From contig NC_042998.1 of the NCBI RefSeq assembly GCF_006345805.1, forward strand, positions 92,628,001 to 92,692,000: a DNA stretch of 64,000 nt. Reading direction: 5' to 3'. The stretch is from Octopus sinensis. Lineage: Eukaryota. Both the position numbers and the translations under genes were made by a program. Below, piece after piece: positions 38,308 through 51,640 of this stretch (within the stretch, counting starts at the first letter, position 1; every line of letters starts with the position of its first letter). Under the pieces are notes generated by a model that saw only the letters and a program-made list of their open reading frames with translations, was not told where the DNA came from and ran no database searches.

Positions 38308-39933
38308 GGCGAAATTGTTTTCTCACGAGAGTTCCGGACCCCAGTTATGAACTCATTTGCATACAGCCAATCAGAGCTCAACTATCAAACTAATTTATGA
38401 GCACATAACAAGTGATGAACGATAAGATAAGGTCATTTGGGTAAGGAATGACCATGCTTTTTTTCTATTTTAATAATACTTGTTGTTATTGTTTCAACCA
38501 TGGCTACCTCTGCATAGTTATTTGTGTTGTTGTTTACTTTGTAAAACAGTAAGGGGAGAGGGTTACTAGCACAGCACCCTCTACCCACATTTTTCCCATC
38601 CACATCTTTACCATATGGGCCCCAAACAAAATCCGATAATAGGTATAAATGCAAATCTATCTAATTACTTGTCTCCTAAAATCAGGAATAACTTGGTGAT
38701 CGGTCAACTTACAACACCGTTCTTCATCTTGAGTTTACTTGGTAGGCTGTGTTTTTTCAAGAAACTGGTTGTTTTTAACAATTCATGAATGTTTTGTTGG
38801 GCTTTGCGTCTAGACATAATTTGAGAGCTGAACGGAACCCTTCCTTTCATACTTTTCATACAATCCTTCAACGGCCTGCCAGCACCAATGCAATTTCTGC
38901 CACCACCAACCATCTTTCTCCTGGATGCTGCAGTTGGTTGCACATCAATTGTCTTCATACTGACTAGAAATATTCGTTTGTGGGGGAAAAAATCGCACTA
39001 TTACTAGAGATTTTCGTTTTTTCTTGCCAAGAACATGTGCCACACCAAAATATCGACCAAAGCAGTGAAGCGTGGAAGCTAACGCAGTATCTGTTCCGGA
39101 AGTTGCTTGGTGAATTTTTTTCCCTGGTCCCCCAAGGAATTCTTTGTCTTGAACATAACTTTGCTGTAAAGAAAGAACAGCTTTGTTTAGCCCATTGATT
39201 ATTGGGTCACTTCCATTCTCAGCATTTGATTTTGATGTGCAACCGCGTGTCCTTCTTGGTATTGATTCTTCGATGGCGTTGATTCTTCGAACAAAGTGGT
39301 AACATTTAGTTGAGATGACTCAGAAGTTGTTCCTCTTTGATTAATATCGCAAACGGCAGTAGCTTTCTTCAACCGAATACACGTCGTTGATTAGTTGAAA
39401 TTACCCAAATACAACAACTTTAATACGAAATAACTTCTAAATATACGAAATTTTGTCAAAAACGTTCAGAGTAAACCGTGTTCTACATGAGAAATACTAC
39501 CAGTATTCGAAGTTTCAAACTGTCTAGTTTAAAAAAATTAATTAAAAAATCTGTGATTGAGATGGAATAGATCCCAATTCCCTAAATTGTGCCGTGTATC
39601 AATTTATTTTGAAGAGAACGTTGCAAGTGTAAATTTTCTAGCCGTGTATTTGTCAGATCATCGCGTTCACTGTCTGAAATCTCCAGATCCTCGCAGTCAA
39701 CTCCATCATTTTCATTTTTCTGATCGTTCGACTCCATGCAGTCATCGTCACGGTCAGCACAATGAGATTCATCTTTTGCGTTGTTCAATACAAGATTCGC
39801 ATGGTAATCAGGGGTCGCCATTTTGAACGCCAACCTTTGTTAACTTGACAACAAGATCAAGGTGAGCTCTGATTGGTTGTATGCAAATGAGTTCATTACT
39901 GGAGTCCGAAACTCGTGGGAAAAAAATTTCGCC
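38308..39933 (-). mobile_element. Degenerate DNA transposon with ~72-bp inverted repeats (piggyBac-like?)
   Basis: 38308-38380 is the reverse complement of 39863-39933. Inside is an acidic N-terminal ORF (39582-39833, MAFKMATPD...DDD..E.D.ED.EISDSE) and a weak DES..KGRVPF-like motif. TTAA/CCC termini were not found. Confidence 0.5.
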
Positions 39934-40129
39934 TACCGGCGATACCCTATTACAAGTCGATCTAAGAACTTTATTTTCGAGCCTTCACGAAGCTATTTCG
40001 GCATGTTGTTACCATCTGTGAGGACACGTCTGAGATGTGGATTTTTTATACTTTTCTGTTGCTTTTGTTCTTCCTGTTTTTTTTTTCTTTTTGCAATGAC
40101 CACAAAAGTCAGAATCGGTAGTGATGTGT

Positions 40130-40960
40130 TGAGACCGTTCACTGGGGCGATAAATTGAGAGAGAAGATGATGGTGATGATGCGAGAGGTATTGGAGAGAG
40201 TGCGAGTAGATGATCCAGTGGAGGACAGCTGGTACATGCCTGATACTAAGAAAGGGAACGTGTGGTGCGACGCAAGCAGCATAGTATTGGGAGTCACGCT
40301 GGAATTAGGAGGTATTGAGGCGGAAGATGCAGCGTGGCTTAGGAAGAAGGACGATTATAACCATATCAATGTAGCCGAACTGGATGTTGTGCTGAAGGCC
40401 GTCAACTTAGCATTGAGATGGGGACTGTGAGCCATCGAGGTCCAGACTGATTGTGCCACAGTGCGAAGGTGGGTGGAATCAGTGATCACCAACCAGAAGA
40501 GGATTCGTACGAAAGAGGCTGCAGAAATGGTAATTAAGCATTGCCTGGGAATCCTGAAGGAGCTAGCTGCCGAGTTCGACCTGGAGTTGCATGTGGTGTT
40601 TGTGCCCTCGGAAAGAATAAGGCGGACGTTCTAACCAGAGTGAAAAAGTATCGGTTGGAAACAGTAGAGGATATTCTGAGTGGGGTAGCAGCGGTTTGTT
40701 GGCTGCAGGGCACAGAACTAAGGAGGCTGCACAACATGCACCACATGGGAGTTGGCTAGGACGATCGACCCCAATGTCAACAGGGAGAAGGTTCGGAAGA
40801 TAGTGGAGAGTGGCATCAGGTGCCAATTGATCTATCCTGTCCCGAGCACACACGAAATAGGAAAGCGATACAAGTAGCGGAAGACTGGAAAAGGTTAGCC
40901 ATTGACGTGACGCACTATCGAGAAAAAAAATAATAAATGATAGCATTGTAGTTGCGGGTG
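40130..40960 (+). pseudogene. LTR retrotransposon RNase H and integrase N-terminal relic
   Basis: VWCDASSIVLGVTLE...EDAAWLRKKDDYNHINVAELDVVLKAVNLALRWG, then LHNMHHMGV and WKRLAIDVTHY. Confidence 0.85.
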
Positions 40961-42439
40961 GGCTTCCTTAGTCTCCTGGCAATCAATATTTTTGGACCCA
41001 GTCCACCACTGCATGTATGCCCATATTGGGTGACTCCAGTCCCTTTTGGATTTATTTCAACATTATTTGTGTTACTTGTTATATTTTTTCCGCCATGAGT
41101 ACTAGGAAATATTGCATGTGTACAATAATTATAATTCATTTTTTCTCAAATTTCTTGGTGCCTACACAAAATGATGAAATGAATACCAATTCAAAAAAGA
41201 ATATTGTTGGGACATTTGCACTCTCTCTTCCACTTCTTCTGTCACTGATTCTTTCTTCCCCATTCTGTGTGTTTGTGTAGCCTTCCTTTACTCACTGCTT
41301 ATCACCAAACCTAGTATATGCACTCTTCTTTTTTTACACTCTTCCTCTCTCTTATATGATGGAAAAACGTGCCTGGAGAAATCAACCAGCCAACCAACCA
41401 ACCAACCAACCAACCAACTAACCAACTAACCAGCCTACCAGCATTTATATCGGCTGTTAAAAAGAAAGATTATTGTGGTGGTGGGTTGTCCTTGACGGGA
41501 AGGGGCATTGTTACTCCACTCGTTTTTCATATTAGTGGGTGTATGTGGGTCTGTCTCTTTTAATTGTATAGCTTTCGGAGTCTATCGTAAAGTTAGATCT
41601 TCTGGAAGTCTGGAAAAATATTTTACTTTAACGTCTTTATTAAACCATTGCATTACTCGATGGTAGAGTATGTATGTTTGTTTCTTTTCATTGTACTCTC
41701 TTCAGTGTACTGCAATTTTTTCATTTAAGCTACGCGATGTCTCTCCTGTGTATGCTGTGGTAGTGTTCTTATATCACCTCTCAATGCATCTCATATGGCA
41801 CTCAACGTCTCTAGTTTTGTCATTTTATTTTTGGACTAGATTTGCACCCTTTGCAGTGGTCACAGCGAGGTATTTTCTTGAGTATGACTTATAGTATCGA
41901 TTTGATAGATTTCTCTGTTTTTCCTATTACTTTCATTTCTACATAAGGAATATGTATGTGTGTTTGCACGTACGTACTATACATGAATCTACAGGGCCGC
42001 CGAGTGGAATTTTATCAGGGGATACAAAATACATATTTTCAGAGATCCCAGAAATACATAGACCCGTATACATTATATACCCTACATGTCCCGCTTACAG
42101 GCCCATCGTGCATGAGAATAAACATTAATAGATTAAACTAGTTCGATGCAGTTAAAACTCTCCGTTTTTGGAGAGCTTTCTCTGCAGGCATTGATAATCT
42201 AAGAAAAGTTTTTTTTTTTATGAAGCAAATTCCATTTATGAATCTGTTCAAAAGAAGAGCAAGTGACACATTGTTTATTGAAAGTTACTCTTCTTTCCTT
42301 TCTCTATCTGCTTTGATTGACTGTTTGTCCTGTTTGTCTCTCTCTTTCTTCTCTCTCTCCCCTCTCTCTGCCTTTCTGATACATACTCAAAGACTTTTTT
42401 CACATTTCCTTTTTATCACTCACATATGTGAGTGTACAC

Positions 42440-42493
42440 AAGCATATATATACATTTACATATACATATATTTATATGTGTGTACCTATATAA

Positions 42494-42541
<48 letters not shown>

Positions 42542-42612
42542 ATATATATATTTATATATGTATGTACGTATGAATGTATGTATATATATATATATATATA
42601 TGTACGTATGAA

Positions 42613-42667
<55 letters not shown>

Positions 42668-42960
42668 TATGTATCTGTGTATGTGTATATATATGCATAT
42701 ACATATATATATATATATGTATACATATGTATTATATGTATATATATTTATGCATATATATATGTGTATGGATATGTGTGTATGCATTTTTATGTGTATG
42801 AATATATATGTATATTAGACATATAAGTCTATGCATGTGTATATGTATATATATATACATGTGTGTGTGTGTGTGTGTGCAGTGTGTGTGATGGTGACGG
42901 AGGTAACTACGTATGTGAACGTGCGTACGTGTGTGTGTGTGTGTGTATGTGCGCGCCCAC
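42440..42960. repeat. Long compound (TA)/(TG)/(TATG) low-complexity tract
   Basis: Direct read. Confidence 0.92.
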
Positions 42961-43499
42961 ACGCTTTTAATGTAAACTATTTAGTTATAGCTGTATTGGG
43001 ACAGTGCCAGATATAATGGAGTTGGTAAAAGTCAAAGAAAAGCAGGACAAGAGTTGAAACAGATAGAATGGATGGGAAGGTTTGAATATTTGAATTAAAG
43101 ATGTGGGTACGAAATGTCATGCTACTGGTGAGACAGCTGCACGAAGAGTTTTTGGCAAGGAACATCATTTTAACTTTCATCAGTTGACCTACAGAAAACA
43201 TGACAGGATCTCATACGGTGTAAGCTAATGGACAGTGAAATAGCTTTGTCTGGACTCGGTGTTTTTAAAATTAAACCAAGTTGTTCAATATGTCTACACA
43301 TCCAAATATCAAAAAGTCTTGAATGCTGCTGCTGTTGTTGTTTCGATTCAAGTCAACCCTGATTGAACAGACCTATAATCATGAGCATTCCAGTCGTGAT
43401 CATCCCATCTACATCATCTGGCTTGTTATTTCCTTTCCAAAGTTAGCAGGTGTGATCTGAGTGAGATTTGGCTGCTATTTCTTGCAGGTCGAGTGAGGC

Positions 43500-43660
43500 A
43501 CTTGTGTTGGCATGTATTCAAATCTGTTACTGGGTAAAATGTGTGTTTTACGTCGGTGACTATTTCTTTTTTTCCTGCACTGTTTGCGCTGGATATTGAT
43601 ACTACTAACAGAATCGAGCCTAAGTTGAATCTGAATGTTTGGTACCTTGATGATGCATAT
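43500..43660 (+). pseudogene. CRE-like non-LTR reverse transcriptase fragment
   Basis: GD...FPALFALDID......LNLNVWYLDDA, matching the QGDPL.P.LF.L...WYLDD pattern. Confidence 0.6.
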
Positions 43661-44012
43661 TTTTGGTGGGTTAGACGGACTCTTACTACACCGAAGTTGA
43701 TGATGACTAGGGACTCTGTTCATGGGGACAGGGTTTTCAAATTGACGGTTCTATTTATGAACTTATAATACTTAACTCTTTGCCTGCCCAAAGCATTTAA
43801 ATAATAGACTTGTAGTTAGCCCTTGTTTCATACGTTCTGAGCAGTATATAGCTTTCCTTTCATAAATCCCAAGTCTTGGAGTTGAAAAAATTTCGGATTG
43901 TGCATTATATATGATGATTACATGCCAAAGAAGCATGTCTTGTTTATCACATATGATATACAGGACAAGTAAAGAGTTAATCAATCGTTCCTGGAATATC
44001 AAGTTACGACAA

Positions 44013-44452
44013 GGCGACGAACTACCAGAATTATTGACACGCCGGGTGAAATGCTGGTAAGCATTTCGTCCGTCTTTACGTTCTGAGTTCAAATTCAGCC
44101 AAGATCGACTTTGCCCTTCATCCTTTCAGAATCAATAAAATAAGTACCAGTTGAACGCTGGGGTCCATTTAATCAACTTACCGCATCCTCCGAAATTGGC
44201 GGCCCTATGCTAGAATTTGAAACCAATATTAAGTTACGGTAAAGTGTTGAGCTGGCGAGTCGTTAGCACGCCGGAAAAATGCTTAGCGGCATTTCGTCCA
44301 TCTTTACGTTCTGAGTTCAAATTACACCGAGATCGACTTTGCCTTTCATCCTTTCGGGGTTGATAAAATAAGTACCAGTTGAGCACTGAGGGCAATGTAT
44401 TCGACTTAGCCCCTTCTCCAAAATTGCTTGCCTTATGTCAAAATTTGAGATC
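44013..44452 (+). mobile_element. Two tandem SINE family A copies
   Basis: Copies at about 44013-44224 and 44243-44452, each with gagttcaaatt (B box) and cctttcatcctttc..gataaaataagtaccagt. Confidence 0.88.
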
Positions 44453-45599
44453 AATATTAAGTTATGGTGTGTATATTCATAAAATTCTTTCCCTCTGTCA
44501 CACTCCCGTTCTTAATCGGTAAGGTGCCCCTACAAAAGATCCTAGGAAATTTTAATTCCTGAACTTGCTTTCGGAGATGTTAAGCCTTCAAAAATTACTT
44601 GAAAACTTTGATGTAATTGAGACTGTGAAGAATTATTTTCTTTATTCATAAGAATTATTTTGTCGATCCCTAGCTCCTCATTCGGATTAAACATTTTTGT
44701 AACTTTTTGACGACTTAATTCATAAGAATTCAAAGAATATAATGGGACTGGAAGGTTCATGATACCTGCGGAGTATCACCTTCTCGCATTATAATTTATT
44801 TTCTGTAGTCTTAGGATCTGGAACTCGAAAGAAGAAGCTTACAAGCAGATGCAATTCAATGGCTGTTTATTTAGTTCTCAACGATGGGGTTCGCTCCCGG
44901 CAATCATCTGTATGGCAGCACGTAGTTCGTTTTAGTTCCGTTCACGTGAGGTACGTTACGTCTGGAGATAATGGGACAAGAATCTGCTGTGAGCTGCCAG
45001 TTTGTAGTGTTGCTCAGCGTGAGCGCGAACGCAAGAGAGAGAATCACCTTAAATAGATGTTGCCCACGTGAGCCTCGCTGTGGTCTCGCGCATGGCAAAC
45101 ATGGTTGTAGACGAGATCTTGCTCTTGACCCGGACATGGTAATGGCTGCCGGTGAGATCTCGCACAAAATGGCGCTGGCTTGTTGTGTCACGTTACAAGA
45201 AACTCGAACGAGTGATCAATGTTAAACTTGGTTCAGATCCTTCATTAGGCTGCGTTTCGCGAACGTTTCGGAGTCTAGATTAACACAAATGTTCTTCTCT
45301 GTATCTCTTATTTCCTTTCCCCAGTTCATACTCTTCCTCCTTTGTGAGCCACATTCTCCCCTTTTCAACTTGAGCTGTTTCAAACGGGTAGTGGCTGACG
45401 CTTCACTAGTATGGATGGGGGGAAGCTTCGATTGTTAGTTCCAGAGGAGGCTAAATTGACATTGAGCGTTTGAGACAATTTACTGTCGAAACATATTTTC
45501 AACTTTGTTTTTGATTAATCTGATCACCGTTCATCATATCGCTTACTTTTTGTCAACGGGGTAGCTAGAATATGTGCTACCCGGAGCTGCCCTTGAGCT

Positions 45600-46260
45600 T
45601 GCTGCCCCATTCCGCCTCGCCTCACATTCAGGCTTATCCAACAGACCCAAAAGTGCCACCCCACCCTAGCTGCACCACTGCGTCTTGCAAGCGCTAGTTT
45701 TTTGACAATATTTGTGGTTTACTCATGCCGAATGAGCTACGCATTTCCATTGCTCTTAAAGTTGGAGTACATGATGAAGTGTCGACGTGATGAGCTCCTC
45801 AATTTTTTTTTAGGGGTTGCTCTTCAATGATTTTCATTTCGACTGAGTGCTGGTCACTAAATTTACCAGACTGGGATAAATTTAATTATAAGACAGGCCC
45901 TAACCAGAGTAAATATACCCTCAATTCTAAAGCCAGTGAGATTGTTCAGGGACGATGGAAAAAGACTCGAGGGGACTTAGCTTTTGCTCTTAAGTTAGAG
46001 GTAGGTGTTTCATATAGGACTGATATTAGAGATTCTTTTGCTCCATCACACATTTTAAATACAGCATCAGAAATGGGGGCTTCTGTGTTCGTAGGACACG
46101 GGATCCTGAAATATCGTAACTAGATCATATTTGAGACGTTTGTGGGGGACCAGACAGCTAACAACGAAGTCTTTTTGTCATCGTTTGCGTCTCGTCTTAC
46201 CGAAGTGATGTTTGTGAGAGCACTTAGCTATTCCGGTGCCCCAGTCTCGTGATCCTCCAT
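45600..46260 (+). pseudogene. CRE-like non-LTR C-terminal endonuclease relic
   Basis: LLMPNELRISIALKVG; RDDGKR.EG; DSFAPSHILNTASEMGAS...KY....IFETF, resembling the DGKRPDG...DT.APS...KY..L...F.P.AVET pattern. Confidence 0.55.
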
Positions 46261-46581
46261 TGTAATACTGCTAGTATTTTGGGTTTCCTTTATTTTTAGT
46301 TAGAAATACCTACATTCACTGTTTCAGGACACAACTGAGGCGATGTGTACATGTTTTTTTTTTACTAATTTTGTTATAGTTTATTTACTCTTGTAAATTA
46401 TATTCATGACGAACTAAGTTTAGGATTATATAGGTACAGCATCTATTCTTGGAACCCTTGGTTCAAAACCTTTCCCCATTATTAGTTTCTACGGACCAAT
46501 TAGGGCCACGTAATAATTTCACAATACTACTTTGTCTCTAAAACACCATGCACTGCTAGAAATTGGAATTAAAGAAATATT

Positions 46582-46795
46582 CTTTTTTACTCAAGGCACA
46601 AGGCCCGAAATTTTGGGGGAGGGGCCCAGTCGATAAGATCGACCCCAGTACGTAACTGGTACTTAATTTATCGACCCTGAAAGGATGAAAGGCAAAGTGG
46701 ACCTCGGAGGAATTTGAACTCAGGACGTAAAGACAGACGAAATACTGCTAAGTATTTCGCCTGGAGTGCTAACGTTTCTGCCAGCTCGCCGCCGT
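46582..46795 (-). mobile_element. Full-length SINE family A with 16-bp TSD
   Basis: Starts GGCGGCGAGCTGGCAGAAACGTTAGC on the minus strand. TSD gaattaaagaaatatt (46566-46581) / gaattaagcaaatatt (46796-46811). Confidence 0.9.
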
Positions 46796-49700
46796 GAATT
46801 AAGCAAATATTAAATTATTGAATTGAAATACATGATTATACATATTACAAGCTTATTTATACAAATTGTATCAGTGAAACTGGATTATCAATTAAATGAA
46901 AAGCTGCAGTTAATGCAAATTTAACAGAATGAAATCATTTAATGAAATAAAGCAGGCAGTGTAGAGCTAATCACAAAAGTCTGGGTTGGAGGCTGTAAGA
47001 ATTAGTAACTGTTTCGTAGATGATCGCTCCTCTATACATTTGTGAACTTGCAGGAGAAATATCCGGAATATTTGAAATGGGAATTCTTAATATATCATTA
47101 ATACATTCTTCTTGGTTATATTTCTAAACATTTAATCCCAACGAGGTTGTTTCACATATTTAGATCGTTCTGTGTGTAATTTTTCATGCGTCAAATTATT
47201 TATTACACCTTATACCATCATCAAAGAACGCCAATCAACCCCTTTAGTCCCTTCTCCCAATATCTTGTCAATATTAATTAAGCTTTCAGCTACATCTGCT
47301 TCATTTTCATCAACTTGACGATCATTTAATTTTGATTGTTTTCACCAGAATTAACAACCATATTTATAATTGCAGAGTTAGTACAGTGATATACAATAAA
47401 TGTTTCTTCATCGATATTTATCCACCGAAAGATTTTCTTCATTAAGCTACTGCTTATTTCCATGGCATCAGATCTGCTGCCATATTGACATTTTCAAACG
47501 ACTTATTTACAATTTCTTTCTCCAATGATCATGAAATATTTAAAACTATTGTCACCATTTTCATCAGGTGTGTAACAAACAGCTAAAGAATACCTTAGCT
47601 AAGATTCGAAGACGAATCCACATTTTTCCACATTGTCAAATAAGTTCTCAGTCTGTTGTCTTCACCAGTTGCAACGATGAGAAAAATCTAACCCCTCAGA
47701 CTTTTCTCGAGACATTCTCAGGTCAGATTAGGAACGAAGAACCCTAGTGTTTTAGCTCGATCTACTTTAGTTAGCAAGATTATAAATACACAAGTAAATA
47801 TCAGTCGCTCTCTTTTGGTCATCCGGCGTCTGGCTGAAGAGCAAGCTTTTCCTTTATTTTTGTGGTCTCAGGTTAAAGAACTATGTTGATTAATGCGTGA
47901 GAAGGTGGACCTCTAATCGTTTCTCTCTGCATACATTCCTTTTATTTTGCCTTTCTCCCAAGCAGTCACACAGATGAAACCAACTAAATATCATGCAAAA
48001 TGGAGATCTACGAACAAATTATGTGCACACAAACAACTTGACGAAGTTGTATGTTTTTTGTATATTATAACGACTAATATTATAATCAGCTTAATAAACG
48101 GTCACATTGATAATCAAGCAAATATTTTTCTTATTCATTTTTCCTGTGCATCTTGATGTTAAACTTCATTGTCCTTGTAACTGACCCTTTTTCTGATGAA
48201 TCTTTACAGCAAACTTCGTCGTTACAGGCGCATTCTCAAACCCCACGGTAGGCCACAATTAATACCATTCATCCTTTAGTGTTGATATTTCACATTACTC
48301 CAGCTACAAGCAACAAACTGGAGAACTTCCTTAACAAATGTCCTTATAAGATTATCGTTATTTATCACATCTATCATACGTTTGAAAAAAGTGAGCGATA
48401 TTTCGCTATCGTAGGTTGCAATATCCTTTGAATGTGTGGTTGAATAAGAATTGTACAGTTTGATGATAAATACACAGTAAAAATATTGTTCTTATACAGG
48501 ACATCAACTCTGGAGTAAGTTTAATAGTTTTCAAAATTTAAAGGATTTTATAAGTTTATGAGTGGTCAACAGATACGCCATATCCTCTGGTTCTGTCTCA
48601 AAATACTTTTCAAACCATTGTATAGTAATATCAGTGGTAAACCAACCGTTGTTGTATGCTCAGTAAATACTGGGAAAATGTTGATGCCTTTCAAGTCCTT
48701 TTGGTTTTTACTCGGCCCTCCTTTGGCGTATGATCTACAAGGGAGATTACGTTACTTTTTAAATCATTTTGTACATACTTAGCATTGTAATTGTATTTTT
48801 TCAAAATTCTTACTATTTTGATAAGAAAACCATTTAATAATTAAAAATAAGCGCATAGATCACCTGCCAAAGAAAATTTGCTCATGTAGATCACACGCAA
48901 AGTAGCACTAACACAAAGTAAACTAAAAAGTAATCTAAAGTAATCTCCTATTTAACTTGTAGATCACACGTCAAAGTGGCACGTTTCTTTTTCTTAAGAA
49001 ATGATGTGAATTTAATGCTAGTTTTTTTTGTAAAAATGCAATTGCCTTCTAGTTTTTTGTAAAAATACAACTGTCTTCTAGTTTCTTGTAAAAATGCAAC
49101 TGCCTTCTCGTCGCTGATCACATTGTAAAAATCTTTAGCCAACATCTTACGGGTTTTTAGAAATTGAAAAGTAAAAATGTAACCTAAAGTAATCTCTCTT
49201 GTAGATCACATATCAAAAGAGCACCCTTTGCTCTTTTCTGTTACAGGTGGGTTAAATCCGTATGTAACTACTGCATTCGAGCAGCTTAGAATGGTAGCTC
49301 TATTCCTAGATTGACTGTGCCCTTCCTCCTCATCTCCTCTTAATTATTGTTTTTGATGACATACAAGACGTACCAATTTCTCTCCAAAATCTTTTAAAAT
49401 GTCACCCCAGTTTCTGTATACAAAGCTGGGTTTTATAATGCCTGCATTAACGCATGAAAAATATTTTTTCCTGAACATATTTTTGGTATACTTTTTGTTT
49501 TTGTATGTCTAAGTATTTCGATACTATTACGAAATCAGTTAAATAGGAGTTCGATTGTTGAGCATTGTTGTCTCAGCTTAGACTAAACCACCTTAAACCG
49601 TTCGTTGAATGTCTCTGATAGCAGTTTATGAAAAGTATATAACATTAAAGGTCTTTCATCTCTTGTAACACTGACAAACAGCACTATTCTTATTGTGGAA

Positions 49701-51198
49701 AATGAAATCCTTTCTCTTGCACTTAACGAGAGCATCGTTATCACCTCTATCAGCTGGACGCACAACTCAGTAGAAATATCTGTGTATGTGGTTCATCTTA
49801 TGTTGATTTTAAAGTGATTTTAAAGTATGTTGTACTGTCACGGTGAGTATGCAAGGCCAAGAATATAAAAAGACTCAGAAAGCTTCTACTTATTTTCATT
49901 TATATATGTGATATAAGTCAAGACCAATAAGTCAATGATTTTAGCACAGAAGTCAGCGAATATCACGAGAGGAATCTACTCAAGATTAATTCAAAAAGAA
50001 GAGATAATTTATCTTTCAACCCATCTTCAAAGTAGTTTGGCACATAGACAAATAAAATAGTAATACAATCGCTGTGTGAACATATGTATAGCAGCGTCAT
50101 GCTTAGTGATATTCTGGCCGGTTCAGTGCTTGCATTAAGCAAACCGTTTCAAACTACAAAGCCAAGAAGATAAATAGATTTCTTTCTGACAAGATATCCA
50201 CAGGGAGCCATGTGTTAACATATTATTGGCTGCATCCAGATTGTTTTGAAACAAGACAGTTAATCACAATCAGTGGCTAGCGTTGGTAGCAAGAAATAGC
50301 TACTTGAAACAATCAAACAGTAACTGTTTCTTTTCATGTTGAACTGACACCAAACACTGTTTGTTGTCATCATTTTGAGGAAATCAGAGATTTCTCGAAA
50401 CCATTAGGCTTGAGCCAATTACAAGGTCGTTTTTTTAAAACTCATACCATTTAAGTAAATGAATAATTAATATAGACATCTTATAGTTAAACCTACGTAA
50501 GGCAGTAGGTTACAGTTGTTCCAGTTACTGAGTATCAACATCTTAATTTAAAGACAAAAGAACTAAATGACTGGGGAATTTAAATATAGCATGCTGCTTT
50601 ACTATAATATAGAGATTTTCTTTAAAATTATCAATGGGACTAAAGTAGAGTCGTTCCATGAAGCATTAATAATTTGAATGGACAAACGGTATAGTATTTA
50701 CCAGTATAGTAAGTAAGTATGTTCTTATATATTTATTTACCAACTATTATCTACAGATTTTAAGTTAACCCTCTTAAGTCGAATTTTCAAATAAACAGAA
50801 TATACTTTCCTGTTTTATTGCGTGATTGGCAAGTACATTTTATAGTTCCGAAACATGCTTGCTGACTTCTGTATTATACTAATAAAAACAAACAGGAATT
50901 TAATACGAACGGAGAAGACTGAATTATTGGAGGGATTCTAAACAAGGGCTGCTTTAGGAAGTCTTTGACAAAAATTAAGGTTTGAAGACAATACAATCTC
51001 CCACAAACGTAGCTAGGGTAAGTGCCGCTCGGGGCAGCCCTGGAGTTTACCATGCCCCGGACTCATATGCCCTTATAGGTATTTACAGCAAATCCGCCCT
51101 CTATCTAGTTACACTACCGCTATCCCCACCCGTTTTCGACAGAGATTCCCACAGAAATTTCGCTGAGAGATTTTTCAGGCCCCATGGGAGAGAAATCG

Positions 51199-51349
51199 CC
51201 CCCAGGACTTATTCTTTGTAAGCCTAGTACTTATTCTATCGGTCTCTTTTGCCGAACCGCTAAGTTACGGGGACGTAAACACACCAGCATCGGTTGTCAA
51301 GCGATGGTGGCGGTGGGGACAACCACAGACACAAACATATACACACACA

Positions 51350-51401
<52 letters not shown>

Positions 51402-51640
51402 AATATATATATATATACATACATACATATACATATGTATATATACACAGACACACACATACATGCATATATATATACGACGGGCTTCCTCCAGTTTCCG
51501 TCTACCAAATCCACTCACAAGGCTTTGGTCGGCCCGAGGCTATAGTAGAAGACACTTACCCAGGTGCCACGCAGTGGGAATGAACCCGGAAGCATGTGGT
51601 TGGTAAGCAAGCTACTTACCACACAGCCACTCCTGCGCCT
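51199..51640 (-). mobile_element. SINE family B with internal (TA)n/(CA)n
   Basis: Reverse complement of the 20410-20790 family. Head aggcgcaggagtggctgtgtggtaagtagc...ccgggttcattcc. Confidence 0.85.

Noticed and set aside
44542-44760. 72-aa ORF
   Set aside because: No recognisable domain or gene context.
46830-48500. Possible decayed transposase (Mutator-like?) on the minus strand
   Set aside because: Coding-like texture, but no motif I could read with confidence.
49300-50450. Possible exons or decayed transposase
   Set aside because: Stops in all frames, and isolated splice-like motifs are not enough evidence.
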